Source: Candidatus Micrarchaeota archaeon
GTDB lineage: Archaea > Micrarchaeota > Micrarchaeia > Micrarchaeales > Micrarchaeaceae
Assembly: GCA_027345565.1 (NCBI GenBank)
Contig: DAHWIF010000016.1
Span: 1 to 15,546 of the forward strand
Length of the DNA: 15,546 bases
Direction of reading: 5' to 3'
In this document: positions 8,134 through 14,805 of the stretch, one piece after another
Layout: every line of letters starts with the position of its first letter
How positions within the stretch are numbered: position 1 is the stretch's first letter
Position numbers and translations under genes: made by a program
Notes under the pieces: generated by a model
The model's input: the letters and a program-made list of their open reading frames with translations, nothing else
The model's database searches: none
Told to the model about the DNA's origin: nothing

Positions 8134-8205
8134 GGGCTCGTAGTCGATTGGTAAGACGTCACGTTGACAACGTGAAGATACGGAGTTCGATTCTCCGCGG
8201 GCCCA
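8134..8205 (+). tRNA. tRNA-Val(GAC), intronless, CCA not encoded
   Basis: Cloverleaf: acceptor GGGCTCG/CGGGCCC, D arm GTC/GAC, anticodon arm TCACG-TTGACAA-CGTGA, T arm CGGAG-TTCGATT-CTCCG, discriminator A8205, followed by TCA. Confidence 0.96.
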
Positions 8206-8225
8206 TCATACTTAGATTCCCACTT

Positions 8226-8260
8226 CTCTACATATCACTCTACATACCTCCTTCCACATA
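8226..8260 (+). repeat. Three imperfect short direct repeats in a G-free tract after the tRNA
   Basis: CTCTACATA (8226-8234), CTCTACATA (8238-8246) and TTCCACATA (8252-8260). Confidence 0.5.
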
Positions 8261-8321
8261 ATACCCTAGCTTGAATTTGAACCAAGACAACCTTTTTAAC
8301 CCATCCACGGCCATATAGATC

Positions 8322-8525
8322 ATGCAATGCCCCTCGTGCAAGGCGCTTCTGATATTCGACATGTCGGTGGTACAGGAAATAGCACGCCCAACCCTAATCC
8401 CTCAGCCCTTACCTCTGTATTATAGCGCAGAAGAGATATTAAGTGCTTTCCATTCTAAGAGAGTCTTAGCCAAAAATGGAAGGTATTTAAAGCCTTCTGG
8501 AGATGTTTTGGTAGAGATAAGGTGA
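8322..8525 (+). CDS. Small hypothetical protein with a single N-terminal CPSC motif (possible remnant)
   Basis: Begins MQCPSCKALL; TTTTTAAC about 25 nt upstream; only half of a Zn ribbon. Confidence 0.4.
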   Translation: MQCPSCKALLIFDMSVVQEIARPTLIPQPLPLYYSAEEILSAFHSKRVLAKNGRYLKPSGDVLVEIR

Positions 8526-8640
8526 AACGAATGGATGGAGACGGACGCGGCGGATAACATTATAGACGGAGATGGACCAAGTAACTAGGTCGCCTTAAAC
8601 TTTGCTAATTATATCTGTAGCTTCTATTGTGGTTTTATAA

Positions 8641-9978
8641 TTAAAGTTCAACTATTCCTTTCTTTAATATTTCATAGTCTAATGTCTGTGGCTGAGATAT
8701 ACCAAATTTCTCCTGTAATTTCTCCTGTTGCTTAGAGTGGATGACATCGAAAAGCCTATAGCAGAACGTACCTGTTATTACGGCTGTTCCAACATCCACC
8801 TTTGTCTGCATTCCAAATGTCCTATCAGCTATTTTTCCGGTCTCTTTGTCCATAGAGAAATCATCAAATACAGGCATAAACAGAATGGAGCCATCGGGAG
8901 CGATGGTGTCCCCCGCAAGTGTAAACTTGTTTATTGGATACCTGGTATACTCTATCATCCATTGCAAAAACTTTTTCCTATTCATAACAAATCTATTGTC
9001 TTCCACCACACTTTTGTATAGTACTCCAATATATTTTACAGGCAAACCTGTTAAATTTATAGTTATCCTCTTTATTAATCCGATTGTTCTTAATCTATCA
9101 AAAATATAGCCCACGCTGCCTTTCGGCATATCATGTTTCCGTTCTATATCAGAGAAACTTACTGCTCCGTTTAGCCCAAACTCTTTTAAGAGTATAAATT
9201 CTCTATAGGAAAGCTGTTCTTGGGTCTTCTTTAGCCATTTATGCGTGTCCTTATCTCTAACTCTTCTGAAGACTCTTTTTTCAAGTAAATCAAAGAATTC
9301 CGCCCTCAATGGAACCATCCCGAAGTGTTCATAAAATGGCTGGCTGTTCCACTCTGCCTTCAATCCCGACAGCCCCTCCGCATGACGCAAGCTTGTGATT
9401 ATATCGATTGCTTCAGTGCTGTCATTGTTTCTACCAAGGGCGTATATGAGAAGGTCACAGCTACCTTTCATCAATACAGCAAGCTGCACTCGCGGTTCTC
9501 TATCCATTACGCGTTTTATTGTCTCTAACGCTGGAATATGATCCTTAAATTTAACTGAAATCAAATACTTTGTATAACCAAGTTTATCAAGGTCAATTTC
9601 AGTTATATATTTTATGCATAGGCTGTTTTCAAGATTCTTTATTCTTGATTCTAAAGTTGTTGGGGGGATATTGAGCAGCTTTCCCATATATTTTAATGGC
9701 ATTATCGCATTCATGCTCAATACTTTTAAGATTGAAAGGTCTTTATCGTCCAGTATCGAAATAACATCTTCATTGGGCGGAGACTGGCTGGGCTCTGCTT
9801 TTGTTTTTTCTTTCTTGAAGAACAAACCATTTTCATCTATACGGCCTATGTATTCTGCTTTTGAAATCTGCTTATAGATATAGAAATGTCCATTAATGAC
9901 ATGCATCTGAATAGGGAACGTATATTCTTTCTTTAACGCCTCAAATTTCTCTCTGACATCTATTGGTAAAGCTTTCAT
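8641..9978 (-). CDS. Tandem double Lrp/AsnC-type winged-helix regulator with an extra N-terminal domain (445 aa)
   Basis: HTH1 LDDKDLSILKVLSMNA...PPTTLESRIKNLE...IDLDKLGY; RAM-like VQLAVLMKGSCDLLIY; HTH2 LSYREFILLKEFGLNG.VSFSDIERK...SVGYIFDRLRTIGLIKR. Codon usage is AT-rich. Confidence 0.85.
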   Translation of the reverse strand: MKALPIDVREKFEALKKEYTFPIQMHVINGHFYIYKQISKAEYIGRIDENGLFFKKEKTKAEPSQSPPNEDVISILDDKDLSILKVLSMNAIMPLKYMGKLLNIPPTTLESRIKNLENSLCIKYITEIDLDKLGYTKYLISVKFKDHIPALETIKRVMDREPRVQLAVLMKGSCDLLIYALGRNNDSTEAIDIITSLRHAEGLSGLKAEWNSQPFYEHFGMVPLRAEFFDLLEKRVFRRVRDKDTHKWLKKTQEQLSYREFILLKEFGLNGAVSFSDIERKHDMPKGSVGYIFDRLRTIGLIKRITINLTGLPVKYIGVLYKSVVEDNRFVMNRKKFLQWMIEYTRYPINKFTLAGDTIAPDGSILFMPVFDDFSMDKETGKIADRTFGMQTKVDVGTAVITGTFCYRLFDVIHSKQQEKLQEKFGISQPQTLDYEILKKGIVEL

Positions 9979-10166
9979 AACAGTATTATATATGAATTAA
10001 TATTTAATACTATTGTTATTCTTTATGCTTAGATTATCATTCATATAGTATGTTTTCTGCAATAATACTTTATAACTCTATGTCTCTACTATAATCCGTA
10101 GCATTGTTGCTATTACCTCTTATATACAAGTTCGTTCATAATATCTAATAGGTAGAAGGCGGGAGA
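9979..10166. promoter_or_regulatory. AT-rich divergent control region
   Basis: Several TATA-like words (TATTTAAT near 10001, TTTATAA near 10069, TTATATA at 10120) and an inverted repeat TAGCA-TTGT-TGCTA (10099-10112). Confidence 0.5.
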
Positions 10167-10538
10167 ATGGATAGGGCTTCAAATACATCAACACCCACTG
10201 TGCGGACTTTTCCACCTATTTCAGAGGAGAGCCCCAACCCTAATCCTTCACCTTATCTCTATACCCGGCGTGCCAGGAATGGCGCGCCAGGCCCCACTCT
10301 GAAGCTTTTCAGGTATCTTGCAATCATTGGTGAGAGAATGGGTATATGGAAGGGAAACGGCCAGGATGGCGCAGACAATGCAGAAACATACGGATGCTGG
10401 ATGTGTGGTGCTGAACACAGGAATCCCACCGCGTACCTGTGGCACATACACGCGTGCGAACTTGAGCTGACCGGCAGGAGCGCAATCACGGCAAAGAAGG
10501 AGACTACGCTTTCAGTCGCGGCAATAAAAAAGCAGTGA
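10167..10538 (+). CDS. Small protein with a C2H2/C2HC-like zinc finger
   Basis: YGCWMCGAEHRNPTAYLWHIHAC (CxxC-x12-H-xxx-C); GGGAG before the ATG; Pro-rich N-terminus. The true start may lie further downstream. Confidence 0.6.
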   Translation: MDRASNTSTPTVRTFPPISEESPNPNPSPYLYTRRARNGAPGPTLKLFRYLAIIGERMGIWKGNGQDGADNAETYGCWMCGAEHRNPTAYLWHIHACELELTGRSAITAKKETTLSVAAIKKQ

Positions 10539-10543
10539 AAACC

Positions 10544-10660
10544 ATGAGATGCCCGCACTGCGGAAGGCTTCTCAAGATAAAATGGGAAGGCGTTAAGGCA
10601 AGGCACATCTGCATATACTGCGATTACGAGGCGGAAACGGAAGGGAAAGTGGTAGCATGA
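10544..10660 (+). CDS. 38-aa zinc-ribbon microprotein (not in the ORF track)
   Basis: MRCPHCGRLLKIKWEGVKARHICIYCDYEAETEGKVVA*, with CPHCG and CIYC. Its stop overlaps the next ATG (ATGA 10657-10660), and in-frame GTG 10535 overlaps the previous stop. Confidence 0.75.
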   Translation: MRCPHCGRLLKIKWEGVKARHICIYCDYEAETEGKVVA

Positions 10661-10923
10661 CATTGCAAGCAAAGGAGCATGAAAAGAGCATGAGGGGAAG
10701 GCACCGCAGAGTGCTTTTCAGGAACCCGAAGGCCAGCGTGTCGATGGAGGAGCTTGCGCAGAGGATCATAGAGCTCAACCTTGTAGATGAGGTGCTTGTT
10801 GGCAGGTTCGGAGACGGCTTCGTTGCAAAGATCAGGTTCGCCCGGGGAAGGATGCCGGAGAGGCCTGAAACCTATGTCTCAAAATATATAAGCGGGGATT
10901 TCGGCAGGGTGGTCCGGCCATGA
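10657..10923 (+). CDS. Small protein, possibly a stand-alone Lrp/AsnC ligand-binding (RAM)-like domain
   Basis: VSMEELAQRIIELNLVDEVLVGRFGDGFVAKIRF resembles the RAM helix-strand-G-strand pattern; ATGA-coupled to the upstream ORF. Confidence 0.6.
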   Translation: MTLQAKEHEKSMRGRHRRVLFRNPKASVSMEELAQRIIELNLVDEVLVGRFGDGFVAKIRFARGRMPERPETYVSKYISGDFGRVVRP

Positions 10924-10926
10924 TGG

Positions 10927-11109
10927 TCATTTCGCGCCAGGCTTCGCCCTCGAAGCCTTTATGCTGTGGAGTCTTACCCTTGGCTTGTCCCAGTACGGCG
11001 ACCTGCACTTCGGGCACGTCTCCGGGGGACTGCCTTTATGCCTGGGGATCCATTCGTGGCCGCATCTCGAGCACACAGCATAGACCATCTTTACGGCTCT
11101 GTACGGCAT
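10927..11109 (-). CDS. Small basic zinc-ribbon protein (60 aa)
   Basis: CSRCGHEWIPR...PETCPKCRSPYWDKPR; SD GGTGA and a TTTATAT box upstream on the minus strand. Confidence 0.8.
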   Translation of the reverse strand: MPYRAVKMVYAVCSRCGHEWIPRHKGSPPETCPKCRSPYWDKPRVRLHSIKASRAKPGAK

Positions 11110-11139
11110 CGGGCTTCACCATATAGAGATGCAGCCGAT

Positions 11140-11210
11140 ACATATAAATATCTCTTAATGAATATATATACACTATAAGAATATCATTAGATGTATATGT
11201 TTAAATACAT
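11140..11210. promoter_or_regulatory. Divergent promoters for the Zn-ribbon gene (-) and tyrS (+)
   Basis: Minus-strand TTTATAT (11148-11142). Plus-strand TTTAAATA (11200-11207) lies 26 nt before ATG 11234, a leaderless-type spacing. Confidence 0.6.
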
Positions 11211-11233
11211 AGTATTGCAGATTTGGTGCGGAG

Positions 11234-12343
11234 ATGAAACATGAAAGGAGCTCCAAGGACGGCGTCTGGATTGGTACTGACCCGCATGACGCCGCCAAGC
11301 TCATCAGACCGACTGGCGATATGGATGATTCAATGGCTATGGGAAGGATGGCATTGGTAAGAAGAGGCACGGCTGAGGTCCTCTCCGAGGCGGAGCTCGG
11401 CGAGAAACTCGCAGGCGGGAAAAGGCTCTCCGCATATCTGGGAAGGGCGATAACCGGACCACTTCATCTTGGCCACCTGGTTTCGATAAGCAAGCTGCTC
11501 GACCTGCAAAGGGCGAACATAACGGCCATCGTGCTCCTTGCAGATATACACGCCGCGCTCGACGATCAGAAATCGAAGTGGGAGGAGCTGGAAGTGAGGA
11601 GGGAATACACAAGGAAGGCAATAGAGCTGTCGGTGGACTGGCAGGAAATGCCCAGGTTCGTCCTCGGCTCGGACTTCCAGACTACGAAGGAGTACCAGAT
11701 GGACATATTCAGATTCTCCACGTTGGCGACCGTCAGGGACGCGCTGCACGCCGCGTCTGAGGTGACAAGAATGAAGAACCCAAAGGTCAGCGAGCTCATA
11801 TACCCAATAATGCAGGGCCTTGACGAGCAGTATCTCGGCGTAGACATCCAGCTCGGAGGCACAGACCAGCGCCACATAATGGTCTTCGCAAGGAAGTTCC
11901 TGCCGATGCTTGGCTACGAGAGGCGCGTAGAGCTGATGATGCCTCTCATACCATCATTGAAAGGGCCAGGCGTCAAGATGAGCTCCTCGCTCCCAGGCAC
12001 TAACATAAAGGTCAACGCGTCTGAAGAGGAGATAAGGGCTACGGTAAACGGGGCGTATTGCCCTGCGGGGGTCATACAGGACAATCCCCTAACGGCGATC
12101 GCCAATCTCTTCGTGCTGCCGAACGAGGGCTCGTTTACGATAGCGAGGCCTGAGAAGTTCGGGGGCGACCTCGTGGTCAATTCACAGGAGCAGCTCAACG
12201 AGGAATTCGCTTCGAAGAGGCTGCACCCTGTGGATCTCAAGTGGTTCCTGGCTGATTACCTGATAAGGAAGCTTGCGCGTGCGCGCGAATACTTCGAGGC
12301 GAACCAGGATCTGATAAACAGGCTGGGTCCGCAGTTCAAGTGA
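11234..12343 (+). CDS. tyrS: Tyrosine--tRNA ligase, archaeal/eukaryotic type (alternative start about 11321)
   Basis: SAYLG, HLGH (HIGH motif), LLADIHA.LD, LGSDFQ, LIYPIMQGLDEQYLGVDIQLGGTDQR, KMSSS, AYCPAG, RPEKFGGD and LHPVDLK. Confidence 0.96.
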   Translation: MKHERSSKDGVWIGTDPHDAAKLIRPTGDMDDSMAMGRMALVRRGTAEVLSEAELGEKLAGGKRLSAYLGRAITGPLHLGHLVSISKLLDLQRANITAIVLLADIHAALDDQKSKWEELEVRREYTRKAIELSVDWQEMPRFVLGSDFQTTKEYQMDIFRFSTLATVRDALHAASEVTRMKNPKVSELIYPIMQGLDEQYLGVDIQLGGTDQRHIMVFARKFLPMLGYERRVELMMPLIPSLKGPGVKMSSSLPGTNIKVNASEEEIRATVNGAYCPAGVIQDNPLTAIANLFVLPNEGSFTIARPEKFGGDLVVNSQEQLNEEFASKRLHPVDLKWFLADYLIRKLARAREYFEANQDLINRLGPQFK

Positions 12344-12349
12344 GGAGGC

Positions 12350-12382
12350 ATGATCGTCAAGTGTAGAAGCGATGTCAGATGA
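12350..12382 (+). other. 10-codon intercistronic ORF (MIVKCRSDVR*)
   Basis: GAGGAGG overlaps the tyrS stop, ATG is at 12350, and the TGA at 12380-12382 overlaps both candidate decarboxylase ATGs. Confidence 0.35.
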
Positions 12383-14394
12383 TGGAAGTGGCGTACGGCA
12401 AACAAAAACAGGCGGGGAATGCAAGAGGGACTATCGACACTGATGCGCTGTTTTTGGGGCCTCGGGGCGAGAACGCGCAGATCCTGGTGGAAGCATTCCA
12501 GAAGGCAGTGAGAAGAAACTCCGAATGGAGGAAGGGTTTCCACTCGGAGGACGGAAGCCCGATAGCCAATGGCGCCACCGGGCGGGCAGACTACCAGGCT
12601 ACAATAGAAAGCACGATGGATGTATACGACAGGCTGCTGCTTAGGTTAAACGACGGCTCGACCCCATGGTCGTCGCTGAGGTATCTCGGGCACATGAATA
12701 CCGATACCCTGCTGATATCGATTGCGGCTGAAGCGGCTGCCATGCTCTACAACCCGAACAGCGTCGGGTATGAGTCATCAATCCCGACTGCGAAAATGGA
12801 GGTAGAGGTGGTGCGCGATCTCATAAGGCTTATAGGCTATGACAGGGGCAAAGCGTGGGGATACCTCGCCCTGGACGGCACCATAGCAAACGACGAGGCG
12901 CTGTGGATCGCCAGGGAGCTCAAGGCATTTCCCGTAGCCGTCAAGAGGGCCATGGAATCGCTCATGGCAACCGACGACGTCGCAGACGTTTTAGGCAGGG
13001 CGGCTGCTCTCGAGGAGAGGGAGCTGCTCAACCTTCCGGTCGAGGAAACGATAAGGATGGTGGAGTATGCCGCGAAGTCGAACCACATGCCGTGGATAAT
13101 GAAGCATTCGATACGCCACGTTGGTTCCGACAGGTATCCGAGCTTGGGAGCGATACTTGTCCCAAGCACTGCGCACTACTCCCTGGAAAAGGCTGCGGCG
13201 ATCCTCGGCATCGGGGAGAACAACCTGATCCGCATTCCTGTGGACGAGAACTACAGGATGAACCTCAGCTCCCTGGAGAAGAGAATAGAGAAGCTGCAAA
13301 GGGAAGGTACGCCAATACTGGCGGTTGTCGGAGTCGTAGGGACAACTGAGGAAGGTGCTGTGGACGACATACGCGGAATCGCCGATTTGAGGGATGAGTG
13401 CGCGAAGAGGGGCACAGGCTTTTATTTCCACGTGGACGCTGCCTACGGCGGATACATAAAATCAGCTTACGTCAACAGGGACGGGAGCCGGGCTGCGACC
13501 AACGGCGAAAACGACGCGCACGTCTCTGATTCCTATTTCAGCCTGCACCTGGCCGATTCTGTGACCATCGACCCACACAAACAGGGATACATACCGTATG
13601 TTGCCGGCGGCATATTCGTTAGGAACAGGGAACAGTTCAGGCTGCTTATGCAGTCCGCGGAGTACCTCTTCAGGAACCAGACCGGCAGGGTTGACGAGGC
13701 GCAGAACTTCGGGCGAATCACGTTCGAAGGATCCAGGCCTGGATCCGCAGCCGCAGGCGTCTGGTCCGCCCACAGGCTGCTTCCCCTAGATGTTGACGGA
13801 TATGGGCGCGTGATAAAAATAGCGCAGGAGAATACGAAACGGTTCATGGAGGTCATAGAACGGCTGAAGGATTTTGAGGCAGGCGGGGTCGGATTCCATG
13901 CCGAGCCGCTTTTGCGCAATCCAGACCTGAACATCGTAAATTTCGCGTTCAATTTCGGGTCGAACATAGACCTGAGGCGCATGAACGCTTTCAACGCCAG
14001 CATTTACCGCAACTTTACGTTCAACAGTGGCGCGAAGCCATATGACAATAACGGCCTGATCCTCACGAACACAGCGCTCGTGCGCGATAAATACGGCGAC
14101 GCGCCTAAGGAATTCCTGCACAGGCTTGGCATTCCGGAGCGCGAATGGGACGAGCTCGGCCGTGTAGAGGTGTTGAGGAGCGTCCTCATGCACCCGTGGC
14201 TCATGTCTGCGGAAACGCTGGAAACGTATCACGAAGAGCTGAAGAAAGCGGTAAGGAGGGCGCTTGACGAGCCGTTCGGGAGAGGCGCTGCAGGCATTGC
14301 AGCGCTCAGGCGCAGCGATATCAGCGGCCAGTCTGCGGAGGCGGTCGCTATCAGACCTCGAGGAATTCCGTCTTCAGCTGCTTCAGCGAGGTGA
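12379..14394 (+). CDS. tdcA: Group II PLP-dependent decarboxylase, TdcA-type tyrosine decarboxylase-like (671 aa)
   Basis: LFLGPRGEN, PWSSLRYLGHMNTDTL, NSVGYESS..TAKME.EV, WGYLALDGTIANDEALWIARELKAFP, PSTAHYSLEKAA.ILGIG, VVGVVGTTEEGAVD, FYFHVDAAYGGY, DSVTIDPHKQGYIPY (PLP lysine), EGSRPG, PDLNIV and LRSVLMHPW. These are collinear with Enterococcus/Lactobacillus TdcA as I recall it. The substrate is inferred. Confidence 0.85.
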   Translation: MMEVAYGKQKQAGNARGTIDTDALFLGPRGENAQILVEAFQKAVRRNSEWRKGFHSEDGSPIANGATGRADYQATIESTMDVYDRLLLRLNDGSTPWSSLRYLGHMNTDTLLISIAAEAAAMLYNPNSVGYESSIPTAKMEVEVVRDLIRLIGYDRGKAWGYLALDGTIANDEALWIARELKAFPVAVKRAMESLMATDDVADVLGRAAALEERELLNLPVEETIRMVEYAAKSNHMPWIMKHSIRHVGSDRYPSLGAILVPSTAHYSLEKAAAILGIGENNLIRIPVDENYRMNLSSLEKRIEKLQREGTPILAVVGVVGTTEEGAVDDIRGIADLRDECAKRGTGFYFHVDAAYGGYIKSAYVNRDGSRAATNGENDAHVSDSYFSLHLADSVTIDPHKQGYIPYVAGGIFVRNREQFRLLMQSAEYLFRNQTGRVDEAQNFGRITFEGSRPGSAAAGVWSAHRLLPLDVDGYGRVIKIAQENTKRFMEVIERLKDFEAGGVGFHAEPLLRNPDLNIVNFAFNFGSNIDLRRMNAFNASIYRNFTFNSGAKPYDNNGLILTNTALVRDKYGDAPKEFLHRLGIPEREWDELGRVEVLRSVLMHPWLMSAETLETYHEELKKAVRRALDEPFGRGAAGIAALRRSDISGQSAEAVAIRPRGIPSSAASAR

Positions 14395-14800
14395 GAGAGG
14401 TAGTCTTTGCTATCCCTTTCTTTGAAAGCACGTTCTTCACGAACTGGTAGAACTCGTCCACGTCCCTGGTCCTTATCTTGAGCAGCATCTCCCATCCGCC
14501 TGTAATTATGTCTACGCTCTCTATCTGAGAGAAGCCGGACAGCTCCTTGGCCAGCCGCTCCGGATCCGCGTATTCCTCGGCTGCCAAGTTCACCAGCACG
14601 TAGCTGCAGAAACCCTCCCCTATCAGCTTGTAGTCGAAGACCGCCTTGTACCCCCGTATGACCTTCTCTCTCTCCATCTGCTTGACGTTGTAGTGCACCG
14701 TGGCGGGTGGCTCCCTGAGCTTCTTCGCGATACCGACTATCCTTGGGGAGCAATACCCCTTCTTCAGCAGCCCGAGAAGCTCCTGCCTTACGTTTTTCAT
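14351..14800 (-). CDS. Lrp/AsnC family transcriptional regulator
   Basis: HTH IAKKLREPPATVHYNVKQMEREKVIRGYKAVFDY; RAM domain IESVDIITGGWEMLLKIRTRD...KTTSLTSLKQLK. Confidence 0.94.
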   Translation of the reverse strand: MKNVRQELLGLLKKGYCSPRIVGIAKKLREPPATVHYNVKQMEREKVIRGYKAVFDYKLIGEGFCSYVLVNLAAEEYADPERLAKELSGFSQIESVDIITGGWEMLLKIRTRDVDEFYQFVKNVLSKKGIAKTTSLTSLKQLKTEFLEV

Positions 14801-14805
14801 GGTTA

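Larger units (their letters stand above)
8206..11230. other. Putative tRNA-anchored accessory island; boundaries uncertain
   Basis: Composition shifts to AT-rich right after the tRNA, most strongly at about 8590-10160, and the block holds regulators and small ORFs. No integrase or att repeat was seen. Confidence 0.5.

Noticed and set aside
8185-8205. Possible att site duplicated further downstream
   Set aside because: I found no second copy of the tRNA 3' end and no tyrosine recombinase motifs in the window, so no mobile element is called.
8226-8260. Short repeats as a CRISPR-like array
   Set aside because: The units are only 9 nt with 3-5 nt gaps, and there are no spacers or cas genes.
8522-8588. 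Tiny ORFs after an AGGTGA SD-like site (e.g. METDAADNIIDGDGPSN*)
   Set aside because: Too short and featureless; possibly a gene remnant, but unsupported.
10920-11126. 68-aa Cys-containing plus-strand ORF with an ATGA overlap
   Set aside because: It is antisense to the much more convincing Zn-ribbon gene at 10927..11109, which has its own SD and TATA box.
11210-11340. T-box riboswitch ahead of tyrS, as in the Enterococcus tdc locus
   Set aside because: No T-box consensus (GGTGGNACC) or terminator/antiterminator is visible, the space is too short, and T-boxes are a bacterial mechanism.
11234-12343. Catalytically dead or non-canonical TyrRS paralog, or TrpRS
   Set aside because: The Tyr-pocket residues (AYLG, YPIMQ..D, DQR), HLGH, KMSSS and the anticodon-domain motifs are intact and Tyr-type. 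Only GRAITG (Pro->Ile) is mildly unusual.
12379-14394. MfnA / aspartate decarboxylase of methanofuran or CoA synthesis
   Set aside because: Length and N-terminal motifs match the long TdcA type rather than the shorter archaeal MfnA/ADC, and no mfn or pan genes are nearby.
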